32,000 nt of DNA from the NCBI RefSeq assembly GCF_000284115.1, contig NC_017080.1:2520001-2552000 (forward strand), given 5' to 3'. Both the position numbers and the translations under genes were made by a program. The notes beneath the pieces are model-generated. The model ran no database searches, was not told the origin of the DNA, and worked only from the letters and a program-made list of their open reading frames with translations. Source of the stretch: Phycisphaera mikurensis NBRC 102666 (GTDB lineage Bacteria; Planctomycetota; Phycisphaerae; Phycisphaerales; Phycisphaeraceae). Each line of letters starts with the position of its first letter. Within the stretch, counting starts at the first letter, position 1. Shown piece after piece: positions 24,476 through 32,000 of the stretch.

Positions 24476-26263
24476 TCAGAACGGGAACACGATCGGCGTC
24501 ACGACGCACGCCGTCAGGCCGACCACGCCGTTGAGCGGCACGCCCACCCGCAGGTAGTCGCCGAAGCGGTACCCGCCGGGGCCGTAGACCATCAGGTTGG
24601 TCTGGTAGCCGATGGGGGTGGCGAAGCTGGCGGAGGCCGCGACGGCCAGCGCCATCACGAACGGCAGCGGGTCGGCGCCGAAGCCCTCGGCGGTGCCGAC
24701 GGCGATGGGGTACATCAGCACCGCGGTGGCGTTGTTGCTCACCAGCTCGGTGAAGAGGCTCGTCGCGGCGTACACGGCGACGAGCGCCAGGAAGGGCCCG
24801 CCATCGAGCGCCGAAACGGCGGACACCAGCGAGCCGGCGACGCCGGCGGCCAGTCCGCTGGTGACCGCGGCCTTGCCAAGCCCGATCGCCGCCCCGATCA
24901 CCACCAGCACCTCCCAGTCGATGGAACGCCGGGCCTCGCTCGCCGTCACGCACCGCGTGATCCAGAGCAGCCCGGCCGCCCAGAACGCGGCGAGCAGCAT
25001 CGGCACGTCGAGCAGCGCCACCGAGAGCACCAGGCCCACCAGCACCGCGCCCGCCCACCACGCCCGCTCGTGCCGGGGCGGCGCCGCGTCGGGCACGTTC
25101 GTGACGAAGAAGAAGTCTCGCTCGCGGCGCTGCCGCTGCACGAAGCCCGGCCGGCTCTCCAGCAGCAGGCCGTCGCCGGCGCGCAGGACGACGTCGCCGG
25201 GCTTGCCCTCGAGCCGGGCGCCGTCGCGGCTGACGGCCAGCACGGCGGCGTCGTAGCGCTCGCGGAAGCGGCCCTCGCGGATGCCCCGGCCCACCAGCGG
25301 GCAGGCGGGCGCCACGATCGCCTCGACCAGCACCGCTTGCCCCCTCCCCGGCGGCGGCGGGCCGTCGGTGGCCGGTTCCAGCCCGCGATCGGCCCGCAGC
25401 TCCGCCACCCGGGCGAGGTCTCCCGCGAAGACGAGCCGGTCGCCGGCGTGCAGCCGCTCGGCGGGATCGACCGCGGGCAGCACCGCGTCCCCCCGCTCCA
25501 GCCGCACGAGGTAGAGGCCCGGCAGGCTCCTCAGCCCGGCGGCCTCGATGCTCCGCCCGGCGTGCGGGCTTCCCTCGGGCACCCGCACCTCCGCCGTCCA
25601 CGTGCGGGCGTCTCCACGCGCCAGCGGGTCCTCCCGATCGGGCAGGAGCCACCGCCCCGCGACGAGCAGGTAGGCCACCCCGACCAGCAGGCACGGCACG
25701 CCGACCCAAGCGAAGCCGAACATCCCCAGGCTGGCCGCTCCGCTCTCGCGGTGCAACCCGTCGACGATGAGGTTCGTGGACGTGCCCACCAGCGTGCAGA
25801 CGCCGCCGAGGATCGAGAAGTACGACAGCGGCAGGAACAGCTTCGAGGGCGCCACCCCCGCCCGGAGGGCAAAGGCCCGCACCTCGTCCAGGCACATCGC
25901 CACGACCGGCGTGTTGTTGAGGAACGCCGAGAGCCCCGCGACGGGCATCGCCAGCCGCAGCTGCGCCCCCGCCTCGCTGCGTGGCCGCCCCAAGAGCGGC
26001 AGCGCCACCCGGCGGAGCGCCCCGGTCCGCGTGATCGCCGTCGCCACCACGAACAACAGCGCCACCGTGACCAGCGCCTCGCTCCCGAAGCCCGCCACGG
26101 CCTCGTCGGGACCCGGCAGGCGGTCGGAGAAACCGGCGAGGGTCATCACCACCGCGAGGGCGCCGAGCATCAGCGCATCGGGGCGGCTCCACCCGCGGGC
26201 CAGCGCGAACAGGACGACCACCAGCACGCCACCCACCGCCCAGGCTTCCCACGGACTCGTCAT
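24476..26263 (-). CDS. SLC13/DASS-type anion permease with two central TrkA-C (RCK-C) domains
   Basis: The true start is ATG 26263 (MTSPWEAWAVGGVLVVVLF...). TM-rich N- and C-terminal halves carry NNTPVVAM and SNNATAVLMYPI motifs. Two TrkA-C-like segments are present (GDRLVFAGDLARVAEL and GDGLLLESRPGF). The upstream 410 aa of the 1007-aa track ORF are Arg/Gly-rich and were rejected. Confidence 0.85.
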   Translation of the reverse strand: MTSPWEAWAVGGVLVVVLFALARGWSRPDALMLGALAVVMTLAGFSDRLPGPDEAVAGFGSEALVTVALLFVVATAITRTGALRRVALPLLGRPRSEAGAQLRLAMPVAGLSAFLNNTPVVAMCLDEVRAFALRAGVAPSKLFLPLSYFSILGGVCTLVGTSTNLIVDGLHRESGAASLGMFGFAWVGVPCLLVGVAYLLVAGRWLLPDREDPLARGDARTWTAEVRVPEGSPHAGRSIEAAGLRSLPGLYLVRLERGDAVLPAVDPAERLHAGDRLVFAGDLARVAELRADRGLEPATDGPPPPGRGQAVLVEAIVAPACPLVGRGIREGRFRERYDAAVLAVSRDGARLEGKPGDVVLRAGDGLLLESRPGFVQRQRRERDFFFVTNVPDAAPPRHERAWWAGAVLVGLVLSVALLDVPMLLAAFWAAGLLWITRCVTASEARRSIDWEVLVVIGAAIGLGKAAVTSGLAAGVAGSLVSAVSALDGGPFLALVAVYAATSLFTELVSNNATAVLMYPIAVGTAEGFGADPLPFVMALAVAASASFATPIGYQTNLMVYGPGGYRFGDYLRVGVPLNGVVGLTACVVTPIVFPF

Positions 26264-26425
26264 GGCCGGGGCATCGCCCGCGTGGGGCGGCCGCCTTGAG
26301 GAATCCCCGCGGCGGCCGCGACGGTGGTAACGCCCGTGCCGGTCGCCCGACGCGCCACCGCCCGACGCCACCCGCCGCTGGATCTCGGCGGTGGAGCGGC
26401 GCGTCCCCTCGGTCGAAGGGCGGGC

Positions 26426-26605
26426 ATGGCCGCTCCTTCCGAACCCGCCGCGCCGCAACGCCTCCAGATGGTCTGCCCCAACCTGCGGTGCCGCAAGATG
26501 CTTTCCGTTCCCGTGATCGCTCGCGGGCGGACCGTGCGGTGCCGAGCCTGCTCGATGCGGATCCACGTGCCCAGAGCGGAGAATCCAGCGACCGCCCCCG
26601 GCTGA
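26426..26605 (+). CDS. Hypothetical small zinc-ribbon protein (59 aa)
   Basis: The ATG at 26426 is preceded by GAAGGG. The sequence is MVCPNLRCRKMLSVPVIARGRTVRCRACSMRIHVP, with a CxxxxC...CxxC arrangement typical of zinc ribbons. I recognise no family beyond that. Confidence 0.35.
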   Translation: MAAPSEPAAPQRLQMVCPNLRCRKMLSVPVIARGRTVRCRACSMRIHVPRAENPATAPG

Positions 26606-26613
26606 CGCGGGAG

Positions 26614-26663
26614 CCGCCGCGGACCGCCGGCCCCGGCCCGCCGAACGGCTCGCCGTCCGCGGG
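26614..26663. repeat. REP-like GC-rich hairpin, copy C, between convergent gene ends
   Basis: Positions 26614-26636 are identical over 23 nt to 11144-11166 (copy A). The left arm 26616-26632 pairs imperfectly with 26647-26663 (13 Watson-Crick pairs plus 1 G:T out of 17). The loop is 14 nt, the same length as in copy A. Confidence 0.7.
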
Positions 26664-26694
26664 AGAGCGTTCCATCGCTCCCGGGGGCTCGGGC

Positions 26695-27870
26695 TCAGCC
26701 GCCCGCGGGCACCCGCTGGAGCTTCTCGAGCAGCGTCATCGCCGCGTGCCGGCCGCTCATCACCGCGGCCTCCACGCCGCCGGCGCCCTCGGGCCCGCCG
26801 AACCAGTCGCCGCAGGCCGCGAGCCGGTGCTTCGGCGAGACGAAGGACGCGTCGGGCAGCGGCTTGACGCAGTGCGCGAACTTCCAGCGGTGCGCCGCCT
26901 CGTAAGCGGTCGCCGGCAGGGGCCGGCCGAGCAGCCGCTGCAGAGCCGCCTTCAGCGGGGCGATGACCTCCTCCGCCGGCTGCTCCAGCCGCGGGGCCGA
27001 CCACGTCGGCCGGGCGTGCAGCACCCAGCACTCGCCGGCGCCCGTCGGGCGGCCGGGCTTGTGGGTCTCGCGGCCGACCCAAGCGAGCGGGCCGCGGTCC
27101 AGCCGCACCGCGTCCACCGCCGCCGGGGCTTCCCCGTCCGCGACGTCCCCCGCCGCGGGCGCCAGGCCCAGCGGCTCGTCGAAGGCGAGCATCACCGAGA
27201 AGCAGCCGGCGGCTTTGGCCCGCTCCGCCAGCCGAGCCAGCCGGGGGGCGCTGGCGCCGAGCAGCCGCGCCGCCTGCGGCGCCGCCACCGCCACCACCAC
27301 CGCGTCGAAGGGGCCGTGCTCTTGGCCGGCCGCGTCCTTGAGCAGCCACGGCCCCGCCGACCCGCGGCCCGCGGGCTCGCCGAGCAGCTCCACGATCTCC
27401 GACTCCGCGTGAGCTTCGGCCGCCCCCTCGAGGAGGTGCCCGACCAGGGCCGCCATCGACGGCACGCCCACGAAACGCTCCCGCGGATCGGGTCGCCACC
27501 GCACCGCCGGCCCGTCCGCCACGGCGGGATCACCCGCCGCCGCGGCCTGATCCCGCTCCCCTCCGGGGTCTGCCCGCAGGAAACGCCCGGTCCAGGGCCC
27601 GACCACGCCGGCTTCGCGCCAGCCCGCCACCCGCTCCGCGAAGGCCTCGGAGTGGGCGGTGAAGCAGGGCGAGCCGTGGTCGAAGGCGACGCCGGTGCGG
27701 GACCGGCGCGTGGACGCCCGCCCCCCGGCCGCGCGGCCGCGATCGAAGAGCGTCACCGCCACGCCCGCCTCGCGCAGCGCCCGCGCCGCGGACGCGCCCG
27801 AAGGCCCGCCGCCGATGACCGCCGCGGTCTCCAGCGCCTGGTCCGCGGCCGGGAGGTCACTCGCTGACAC
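26695..27870 (-). CDS. NAD(P)/FAD-dependent oxidoreductase (renalase-like, COG3380-type)
   Basis: The N-terminal dinucleotide-binding motif is AVIGGGPSGASAARALREAGVAVTLFDRGRAAGGRASTRR. Also present are DHGSPCF and CGDWF near the C-terminus. The start overlaps the efp 3' end by 14 nt. Confidence 0.8.
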   Translation of the reverse strand: MSASDLPAADQALETAAVIGGGPSGASAARALREAGVAVTLFDRGRAAGGRASTRRSRTGVAFDHGSPCFTAHSEAFAERVAGWREAGVVGPWTGRFLRADPGGERDQAAAAGDPAVADGPAVRWRPDPRERFVGVPSMAALVGHLLEGAAEAHAESEIVELLGEPAGRGSAGPWLLKDAAGQEHGPFDAVVVAVAAPQAARLLGASAPRLARLAERAKAAGCFSVMLAFDEPLGLAPAAGDVADGEAPAAVDAVRLDRGPLAWVGRETHKPGRPTGAGECWVLHARPTWSAPRLEQPAEEVIAPLKAALQRLLGRPLPATAYEAAHRWKFAHCVKPLPDASFVSPKHRLAACGDWFGGPEGAGGVEAAVMSGRHAAMTLLEKLQRVPAGG

Positions 27871-28417
27871 GGCCGAGGTACTCCCTGGTGTCGGTGTTGA
27901 TCTTGACCTTCTCCCCGGCGTTGATGAACGGGGGCACGCGGATCTTCAGGCCCGTCTCGGTGACCGCCTCCTTCATCACGTTGGTGGCCGTGGCGTTCTT
28001 GATGCCCGGCTCGGTCTCGGCGATCTCGTGCTCCACCGAGAGCGGCAGCTCCACCGAGAGCGGGTTGCCCTCGTAGAAGAGGCCCTTGATGGTTTCGTTG
28101 GGCTTGGTCAGCAGCAGCGTGTCGCCGAGGATGTCGGCCTGGATCGTGAACTGCTCGTAGCTCTCGGAGTCCATGAAGACCCCGTTGGGACCCTCGGCGT
28201 ACAGGAACTCGATGTCGCGGCGGTCCAGGTTCGTGCTCTCGACCGTGTCGGAGCTGCGGAAGCGCTTCTCGGTGACGTTCCCGTGCTTCACGCTCTTGAG
28301 CTTCGCCTGCACGAAGGCGCCGCCCTTGCCCGGCTTCACGTGCTCGGTCTTGGTGCAGATGTAGAGGAGCCCGTCGAGGTTCACGACGAGCCCGGGCTTG
28401 AGGTCGTTTGCTTTCAT
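27857..28417 (-). CDS. efp: Translation elongation factor P
   Basis: The start is ATG 28417. The sequence runs MKANDLKPGLVVNLDGLLYICTKTEHVKPGKGGAFVQAKLKSV...VPPFINAGEKVKINTDTREYLGRV and is 186 aa. This is the canonical EF-P pattern, including the KPGKG loop. Confidence 0.95.
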   Translation of the reverse strand: MKANDLKPGLVVNLDGLLYICTKTEHVKPGKGGAFVQAKLKSVKHGNVTEKRFRSSDTVESTNLDRRDIEFLYAEGPNGVFMDSESYEQFTIQADILGDTLLLTKPNETIKGLFYEGNPLSVELPLSVEHEIAETEPGIKNATATNVMKEAVTETGLKIRVPPFINAGEKVKINTDTREYLGRVSE

Positions 28418-28576
28418 ACCCCCGCAGCGTACCGGTGGGCTTCCGCCCCCGGCGAGATCCCGGCGCCCGACGCCCGCCGCCCGCCTCCGCGGCGGCTCGG
28501 TGAGCACCAACCTCGCCGCGGGTCCGGATGCCGGACGCGTGCGCCCGGCCTCGGTGTGGTCGGGTAGCTTGGGCGG

Positions 28577-28963
28577 ATGCTGAATCTGCGTGGCGTGCAT
28601 CACACGGGGCTGACGGTCTCGAACCTGGAGGCAGGGATCGCCTGGTACCGGAAGCACCTGGGGCTGCAGACGCTCGAGGCGCAGTGGGAGGCGCCGGCGG
28701 CGGGGCTGAAGATCGTCTATCTCGCACGAAACGGCGTCCGCGTGGAGCTTTTCGAGAACGCCGGCGCCGCGTCGCTGCCGGCGGTCGGTCGCGACCACCT
28801 GGCCTTCAAGGTCGACGACATCGAGGCCGAGGTCGCGACGCTGCGGGCCGCCGGTGTCGAGATCACCGTCCCGCCGACGCGCGTGGACGCGGCGTCGCTG
28901 ACCTACGCCTTCTTCGCCGACCCCGACGGCAACAAGCTCGAGCTCGTGCAGACCGACGCCTGA
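28577..28963 (+). CDS. VOC-family protein (glyoxalase/bleomycin resistance/dioxygenase fold)
   Basis: The 128-aa protein contains GVHHTGLTVSNLEAGIAWYRKHLG, DHLAFKVDDIEA and FFADPDGNKLELV, the typical VOC beta-alpha-beta-beta-beta module signatures. Confidence 0.85.
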   Translation: MLNLRGVHHTGLTVSNLEAGIAWYRKHLGLQTLEAQWEAPAAGLKIVYLARNGVRVELFENAGAASLPAVGRDHLAFKVDDIEAEVATLRAAGVEITVPPTRVDAASLTYAFFADPDGNKLELVQTDA

Positions 28964-29010
28964 GGCGTTGCGGCGGCCGAGGCGGCCGCGCTCCGCCGCC
29001 GCGCGTGCCT

Positions 29011-29436
29011 CTACTGCGGCCCCGCCGGCTCCGGTCCGGGCGGCGGGTGGACCACGAACTCCGCGCGGTGCAGCGTCCGCCCGTCGATCGCCACCGACAG
29101 CCGCCAGGGCCCGAGCATGCGCTCCAGCGGCGCCCACAACGCGTCGCCCAAGTAGAAATCCCACACCGGCGCCGGCACGTGCTCGATCCCGCGGAACGGT
29201 GGCAACGCCGGACCCTGTGGGTCCGCCCCGTCGGGCACGCCGGGGTGATCGATCTCCCAGGCCACCGGCATCTTGCGGGCCCGCTCGATGCGCACCACGA
29301 AGCCGAACTCGCGGCCGAGCTTTGCCTCCACCCGCAGCGTCGGCCGCACCAGCCGCGGGAGGCCGCCGCTCTTGGCGTCGAAGCGCTCGTGGATGCCCTG
29401 CGAGAGCACCCGGTGGATCGGCCTGCGACGCGCCAT
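29011..29436 (-). CDS. DUF3859-like protein (141 aa)
   Basis: The start is ATG 29436. GIHERFDAKSGGLPRLV...FGFVVRIERA...WEIDHP...FYLGDALWAPLERMLGPWRLSVAIDG matches my recollection of the DUF3859 pattern (GIYT.WD...LPK..., FLGD.IW.P...G.W). The upstream 650 aa of the 798-aa track ORF were rejected. Confidence 0.6.
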   Translation of the reverse strand: MARRRPIHRVLSQGIHERFDAKSGGLPRLVRPTLRVEAKLGREFGFVVRIERARKMPVAWEIDHPGVPDGADPQGPALPPFRGIEHVPAPVWDFYLGDALWAPLERMLGPWRLSVAIDGRTLHRAEFVVHPPPGPEPAGPQ

Positions 29437-29464
29437 GCCGCGACCGTACGGCCGCGCCGCGGAA

Positions 29465-29510
29465 CCGCGGACCGCCGCCCGATCCGCCCGATTCCGCCGA
29501 CGGTCCGCGG
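29465..29510. repeat. REP-like hairpin, copy D, in the divergent region upstream of DUF3817-mgtE
   Basis: CCGCGGACCG (29465-29474) pairs with CGGTCCGCGG (29501-29510), giving 10 bp, plus 2-3 further pairs. The loop is about 20 nt. The core CCGCGGACCGCCG (29465-29477) is identical to copies A and C. Confidence 0.65.
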
Positions 29511-29526
29511 CGTCTACGGTCGGCCC

Positions 29527-29880
29527 GTGAGCCCCCCGCCCGCCCGCACCGCCGCCGACCGCCTCCTCCGCCCGACCCGCTGGCTGGGCTTCGTCGAGGG
29601 CGCATCCTTCCTCGTGCTGCTCTTCGTCGCGATGCCGCTCAAGCACGTCGCCGGCGATCCGCGGGCGGTCTCGCTGGTCGGCGGCCTGCACGGCGGGCTC
29701 TTCGTGCTGTTCGTCGCCGCGCTGACCGTGCTCGTCGCGGCCGGCTCGCTCTCGCTCCGCCGCGGCCTGCTCGGCGTCGTCGCCTCGATCCTGCCCTTCG
29801 GGCCGTGGCTGCTGGACCACCGCATCTACCCCCCGGAGAGCCCGAAAGCCGCGGCCGGGCCGGCCGCTTCGGCCGGATAA
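29527..29880 (+). CDS. DUF3817-family small integral membrane protein
   Basis: I infer a GTG start at 29527. LRPTRWLGFVEGASFLVLLFVAMPLKHVAG...GGLHGGLFVLFV...ASILPFGPWLLD matches the DUF3817 pattern (EG.S.L.L...MPLK, HG.LF and PFG). The gene ends 9 nt before mgtE. Confidence 0.55.
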   Translation: MSPPPARTAADRLLRPTRWLGFVEGASFLVLLFVAMPLKHVAGDPRAVSLVGGLHGGLFVLFVAALTVLVAAGSLSLRRGLLGVVASILPFGPWLLDHRIYPPESPKAAAGPAASAG

Positions 29881-29889
29881 CTTGCCCGC

Positions 29890-31284
29890 ATGACCGCTTC
29901 CCGCGACTCCGTCACGCTCTCCGCCGACGTGGTGCCGATCGACCGCCGCGACCTCCGCCGGATGATCGACGAGGCATCGGCCACGGAGCTGCACGCGCTC
30001 GTCGACGAAGCCCACGCCGACGAGATCGTCCACGCGGTCACCTCGCTCCCCGAGGACGAGCGGGAGAAGCTCTTCGACGTGCTCGACGCCGAGCGCGGCG
30101 CCGCCGTGCTCGAGCTGCTGCCCGACAGCCAGGCGGTCGACTCGCTGGAGAGCCTGGACCCCGACGCGGCGGCCGAGCTGATCCACGAGCTCGACTCGGA
30201 AGACCAGGCCGACCTCATCGCCCTGCTCGACGATCCCGAGCTGATCCTCAGCCGCCTGCCCGCGGAGGAGGCCGAGGAGATCCGCGATCTCGCCAGCTAC
30301 CCCGCCGACACCGCGGGCGGGATGATGGGGACCGAGTTCCTGGCCTTCCCGCTCGGCTCCACCGTCGGCGACGTCGTCAAGGAGCTGCAGGACCACGCCG
30401 ACGAGCACAGCGATGCCGACGTGCAGTACGTCTACGTGACCGACGAGGACGGCCGCCTGCGCGGCGTGCTCCCGCTGCGCAACCTCGTCGTCTCGAAGCG
30501 CGCCCGCAAGATCTCCGACGTCATGATCGCCGACCCGCTGGCGATGCCCTCGGACGCGACGCTGGACCGCATGATCGCCTTCTTCGACGATCACCACTTC
30601 CTGGGCGTGCCGGTGGTCACCACCGCCGAGGACCCGGTGCCCGGCCGCCTGCTCGGCGTTCTGCAGGCCGCGGAGGTGGACGAGGCGGAGGCGGAGCTGC
30701 GTGGCGGCGAGTTCCGCCGCAGCCAGGGCATCGTCGGCGGCGAGGAGCTGCGGAGCATGCCGCTGTTGCTGCGGAGCCGCCGGCGGTTCTCGTGGCTGAC
30801 GCTGAACATCGGCTTGAACGTCGTGGCGGCCAGCGTCATCGCCCGGAACCTGGACGTCATCGAGGCGATCGCGCCCCTGGCGGTCATCATGCCGATCATC
30901 TCGGACATGTCCGGCTGCTCGGGCAACCAGGCCGTGGCCGTCTCGATGCGCGAGCTGTCGCTGAACGTCGCCCGGCCGAGCGACTGGTTCCGCGTCTGGC
31001 GGAAGGAGGCGGCGGTCGGCTCGGTCAACGGGATCGGCCTCGGCCTGCTGCTCGGGCTCGCCGGCGGCCTCTGGCAGGGCCCGTGGTTCGGCTTCGTGGT
31101 GGGCGCCGCGCTCGCGGCCAACACGCTGGTGGCGGTGAGCATCGGCGGCGTGGTCCCCCTGCTGCTCAAGGGCCTCAAGCTCGACCCCGCCGTCGGCGCC
31201 GGCCCGATCCTCACGACCGTCACCGACATGTGCGGCTTCTTCCTGGTGCTCACCATGGCGGCGAACCTGCTGCAGCAGGCCTGA
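29890..31284 (+). CDS. mgtE: Magnesium transporter MgtE
   Basis: The acidic N-domain contains EDEREKLFDVLD. A CBS pair is present (VTDEDGRLRGVLPLRNLV and FLGVPVV). The MgtE membrane domain carries PIISDMSGCSGNQAVAV and GPILTTVTDMCGFF. Confidence 0.92.
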   Translation: MTASRDSVTLSADVVPIDRRDLRRMIDEASATELHALVDEAHADEIVHAVTSLPEDEREKLFDVLDAERGAAVLELLPDSQAVDSLESLDPDAAAELIHELDSEDQADLIALLDDPELILSRLPAEEAEEIRDLASYPADTAGGMMGTEFLAFPLGSTVGDVVKELQDHADEHSDADVQYVYVTDEDGRLRGVLPLRNLVVSKRARKISDVMIADPLAMPSDATLDRMIAFFDDHHFLGVPVVTTAEDPVPGRLLGVLQAAEVDEAEAELRGGEFRRSQGIVGGEELRSMPLLLRSRRRFSWLTLNIGLNVVAASVIARNLDVIEAIAPLAVIMPIISDMSGCSGNQAVAVSMRELSLNVARPSDWFRVWRKEAAVGSVNGIGLGLLLGLAGGLWQGPWFGFVVGAALAANTLVAVSIGGVVPLLLKGLKLDPAVGAGPILTTVTDMCGFFLVLTMAANLLQQA

Positions 31285-31398
31285 GGGAGTGCGTCGGCCG
31301 TGCCGACCAGGAGACGAAGCGACGGGTGCGGGACGTTTCGGCACTCGGGACTGCATCGACCGCGAAGCAAGCAGCTCCAGGCCTGGGCGGAGGTGGGT

Positions 31399-31596
31399 GA
31401 GAGACAAAGAGACAGAATCAGCGAAAGAGAGAAAAGCGGCCGGCGCCCTTGTCTGTTCTCGTCTCTACGTCTCTACGTCTCTACGTCTCTACGTCTCTTC
31501 GTCTCGTCGTCTCTTCAACTTTTCGTCTGTTCGTCTCTCCGTCTCTCCGTCTCTTCGTCTCTCCGTCTCTCCATCTCTCCGTCTCTCCGTCTCTCG
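31399..31596. repeat. 8-bp-period pyrimidine-rich array (about 18 units GTCTCTNC) preceded by an oppositely oriented purine-rich block (GAGAGACA-type)
   Basis: Seventeen contiguous 8-nt units run from 31461 to 31596 (GTCTCTAC x4, GTCTCTTC, GTCTCGTC, ... GTCTCTCC x several), plus a variant at 31451-31460. The complementary-sense units GAGAGACA/AAGAGACA/... lie at 31399-31436. The two blocks are separated by a GC-rich spacer, GCGGCCGGCGCCC. The array ends 6 nt from the stop codon of the minus-strand gene. Confidence 0.9.
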
Positions 31597-31602
31597 CCGC
31601 AC

Positions 31603-32000
31603 TCACGGCCCCACCGCCAGCCGGTCATCCGCTTCCGCACGCCGCAGATCCCGCAGCAACCACAGCCCGCCGGCGATCCACAGGACCGCCAGGACGCCGC
31701 TCTCCCACCACTGGTGGAGGATGAGCGCCATCGGCAGCAGGAAGGTGAAGACCTGCCAGAGCACGGCCACCACCAGCCGCACCACGTCGGTGCGGTGCTC
31801 GTCCCGATCGTCGGCCTTCCAGCTCGAGGGCCAGGTGCCCAGCGGGCGGACCTGCTCGTAGAAGGCCCGGGCCTCGCGCTCGTCGGTCGCCGGGAAGAGG
31901 TACGTGCCCGCGAGGCAGCCGACGGCCGAGCCGAGCGTCACGAAAGCGATGACGAAGACGTCGGTCAGCTCGCCGTGCTGGCTGAGCACCCCGAAGTCCG
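31603..32000 (-). CDS. C-terminal part of an integral membrane transporter, probably sodium:solute symporter family (5' end beyond the window)
   Basis: The stop is at 31603-31605. The segment LAGTYLFPATDEREARAFYEQVRPLGTWP resembles the conserved C-terminal region of SSS-family permeases (...T.P.......FY..VRP.G.W). It is followed by two more TM segments. The frame stays open to the window edge. Confidence 0.5.
   Translation of the reverse strand, partial: DFGVLSQHGELTDVFVIAFVTLGSAVGCLAGTYLFPATDEREARAFYEQVRPLGTWPSSWKADDRDEHRTDVVRLVVAVLWQVFTFLLPMALILHQWWESGVLAVLWIAGGLWLLRDLRRAEADDRLAVGP

Noticed and set aside
26264-27499. N-terminal ~410 aa of the 1007-aa track ORF upstream of the SLC13 permease
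   Set aside because: This part is Arg/Gly-rich junk antisense to the oxidoreductase gene. The permease begins cleanly at ATG 26263 with a TM helix.
27786-27849. 9-bp inverted repeat GCCGCGGAC ... GTCCGCGGC resembling the REP core
   Set aside because: It lies inside the N-terminal coding region of the oxidoreductase (the dinucleotide-binding motif). The arms are short, and I cannot distinguish it from chance or codon-driven sequence.
28418-29605. N-terminal extension of the efp track ORF (582 aa)
   Set aside because: EF-P is about 186 aa and begins at MKANDLKPG (ATG 28417). The upstream part is low-complexity and overlaps the VOC and DUF3859 genes.
29437-31407. 798-aa minus-strand ORF antisense to mgtE
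   Set aside because: Only the last 141 aa (29011-29436) look like a real protein (DUF3859-like). The rest is the antisense shadow of mgtE and DUF3817.

Overview
This is a very GC-rich (roughly 70% or more by eye) bacterial chromosomal segment densely packed with housekeeping genes on both strands. The GC content, two giant AsmA-like envelope proteins, an RRM-type glycine-rich RNA-binding protein and an isolated LysM-ftsL-ftsI block are compatible with Planctomycetota/Phycisphaerae, but that assignment is a low-confidence guess.

Genes I can support:
- rpsB (5' partial) and tsf
- a class IV aminotransferase (ilvE-like)
- truD
- a CsaA/Trbp111-like tRNA-binding protein
- two large membrane-anchored AsmA/TamB/YhdP-like proteins
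- bioD and hisD
- a ZIP metal transporter with a His-rich tail
- an RRM RNA-binding protein
- a LysM protein followed by ftsL-like and ftsI
- an aldo/keto reductase
- an HtrA/DegP protease
- an SLC13-type permease with TrkA-C domains
- a renalase-like FAD oxidoreductase
- efp
- a VOC/glyoxalase protein
- DUF3859 and DUF3817 proteins
- mgtE
- the 3' end of a probable sodium:solute symporter

I see no rRNA or tRNA genes, no CRISPR array, and no transposase, integrase, phage, toxin-antitoxin or defence-type genes. I therefore cannot support a novel multi-gene protein system here.

What the gene map does not explain is non-coding:
1. About 6.4 tandem copies of a ~107-bp unit carrying conserved palindromes (4621-5300), fused onto the 3' end of truD.
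2. A dispersed REP-like hairpin family sharing the core CCGCGGACCGCCG, with four copies. Three sit between convergent gene ends.
3. A ~150-bp rod-like imperfect palindrome with perfect 19-bp AT-containing termini (19150-19299).
4. A low-GC, strand-asymmetric array with 8-bp period, about 18 GTCTCTNC units with an oppositely oriented purine block (31399-31596).

Many long ORFs in the six-frame track are GC-driven shadow frames (Arg/Pro/Gly/Ala-rich) and were rejected.
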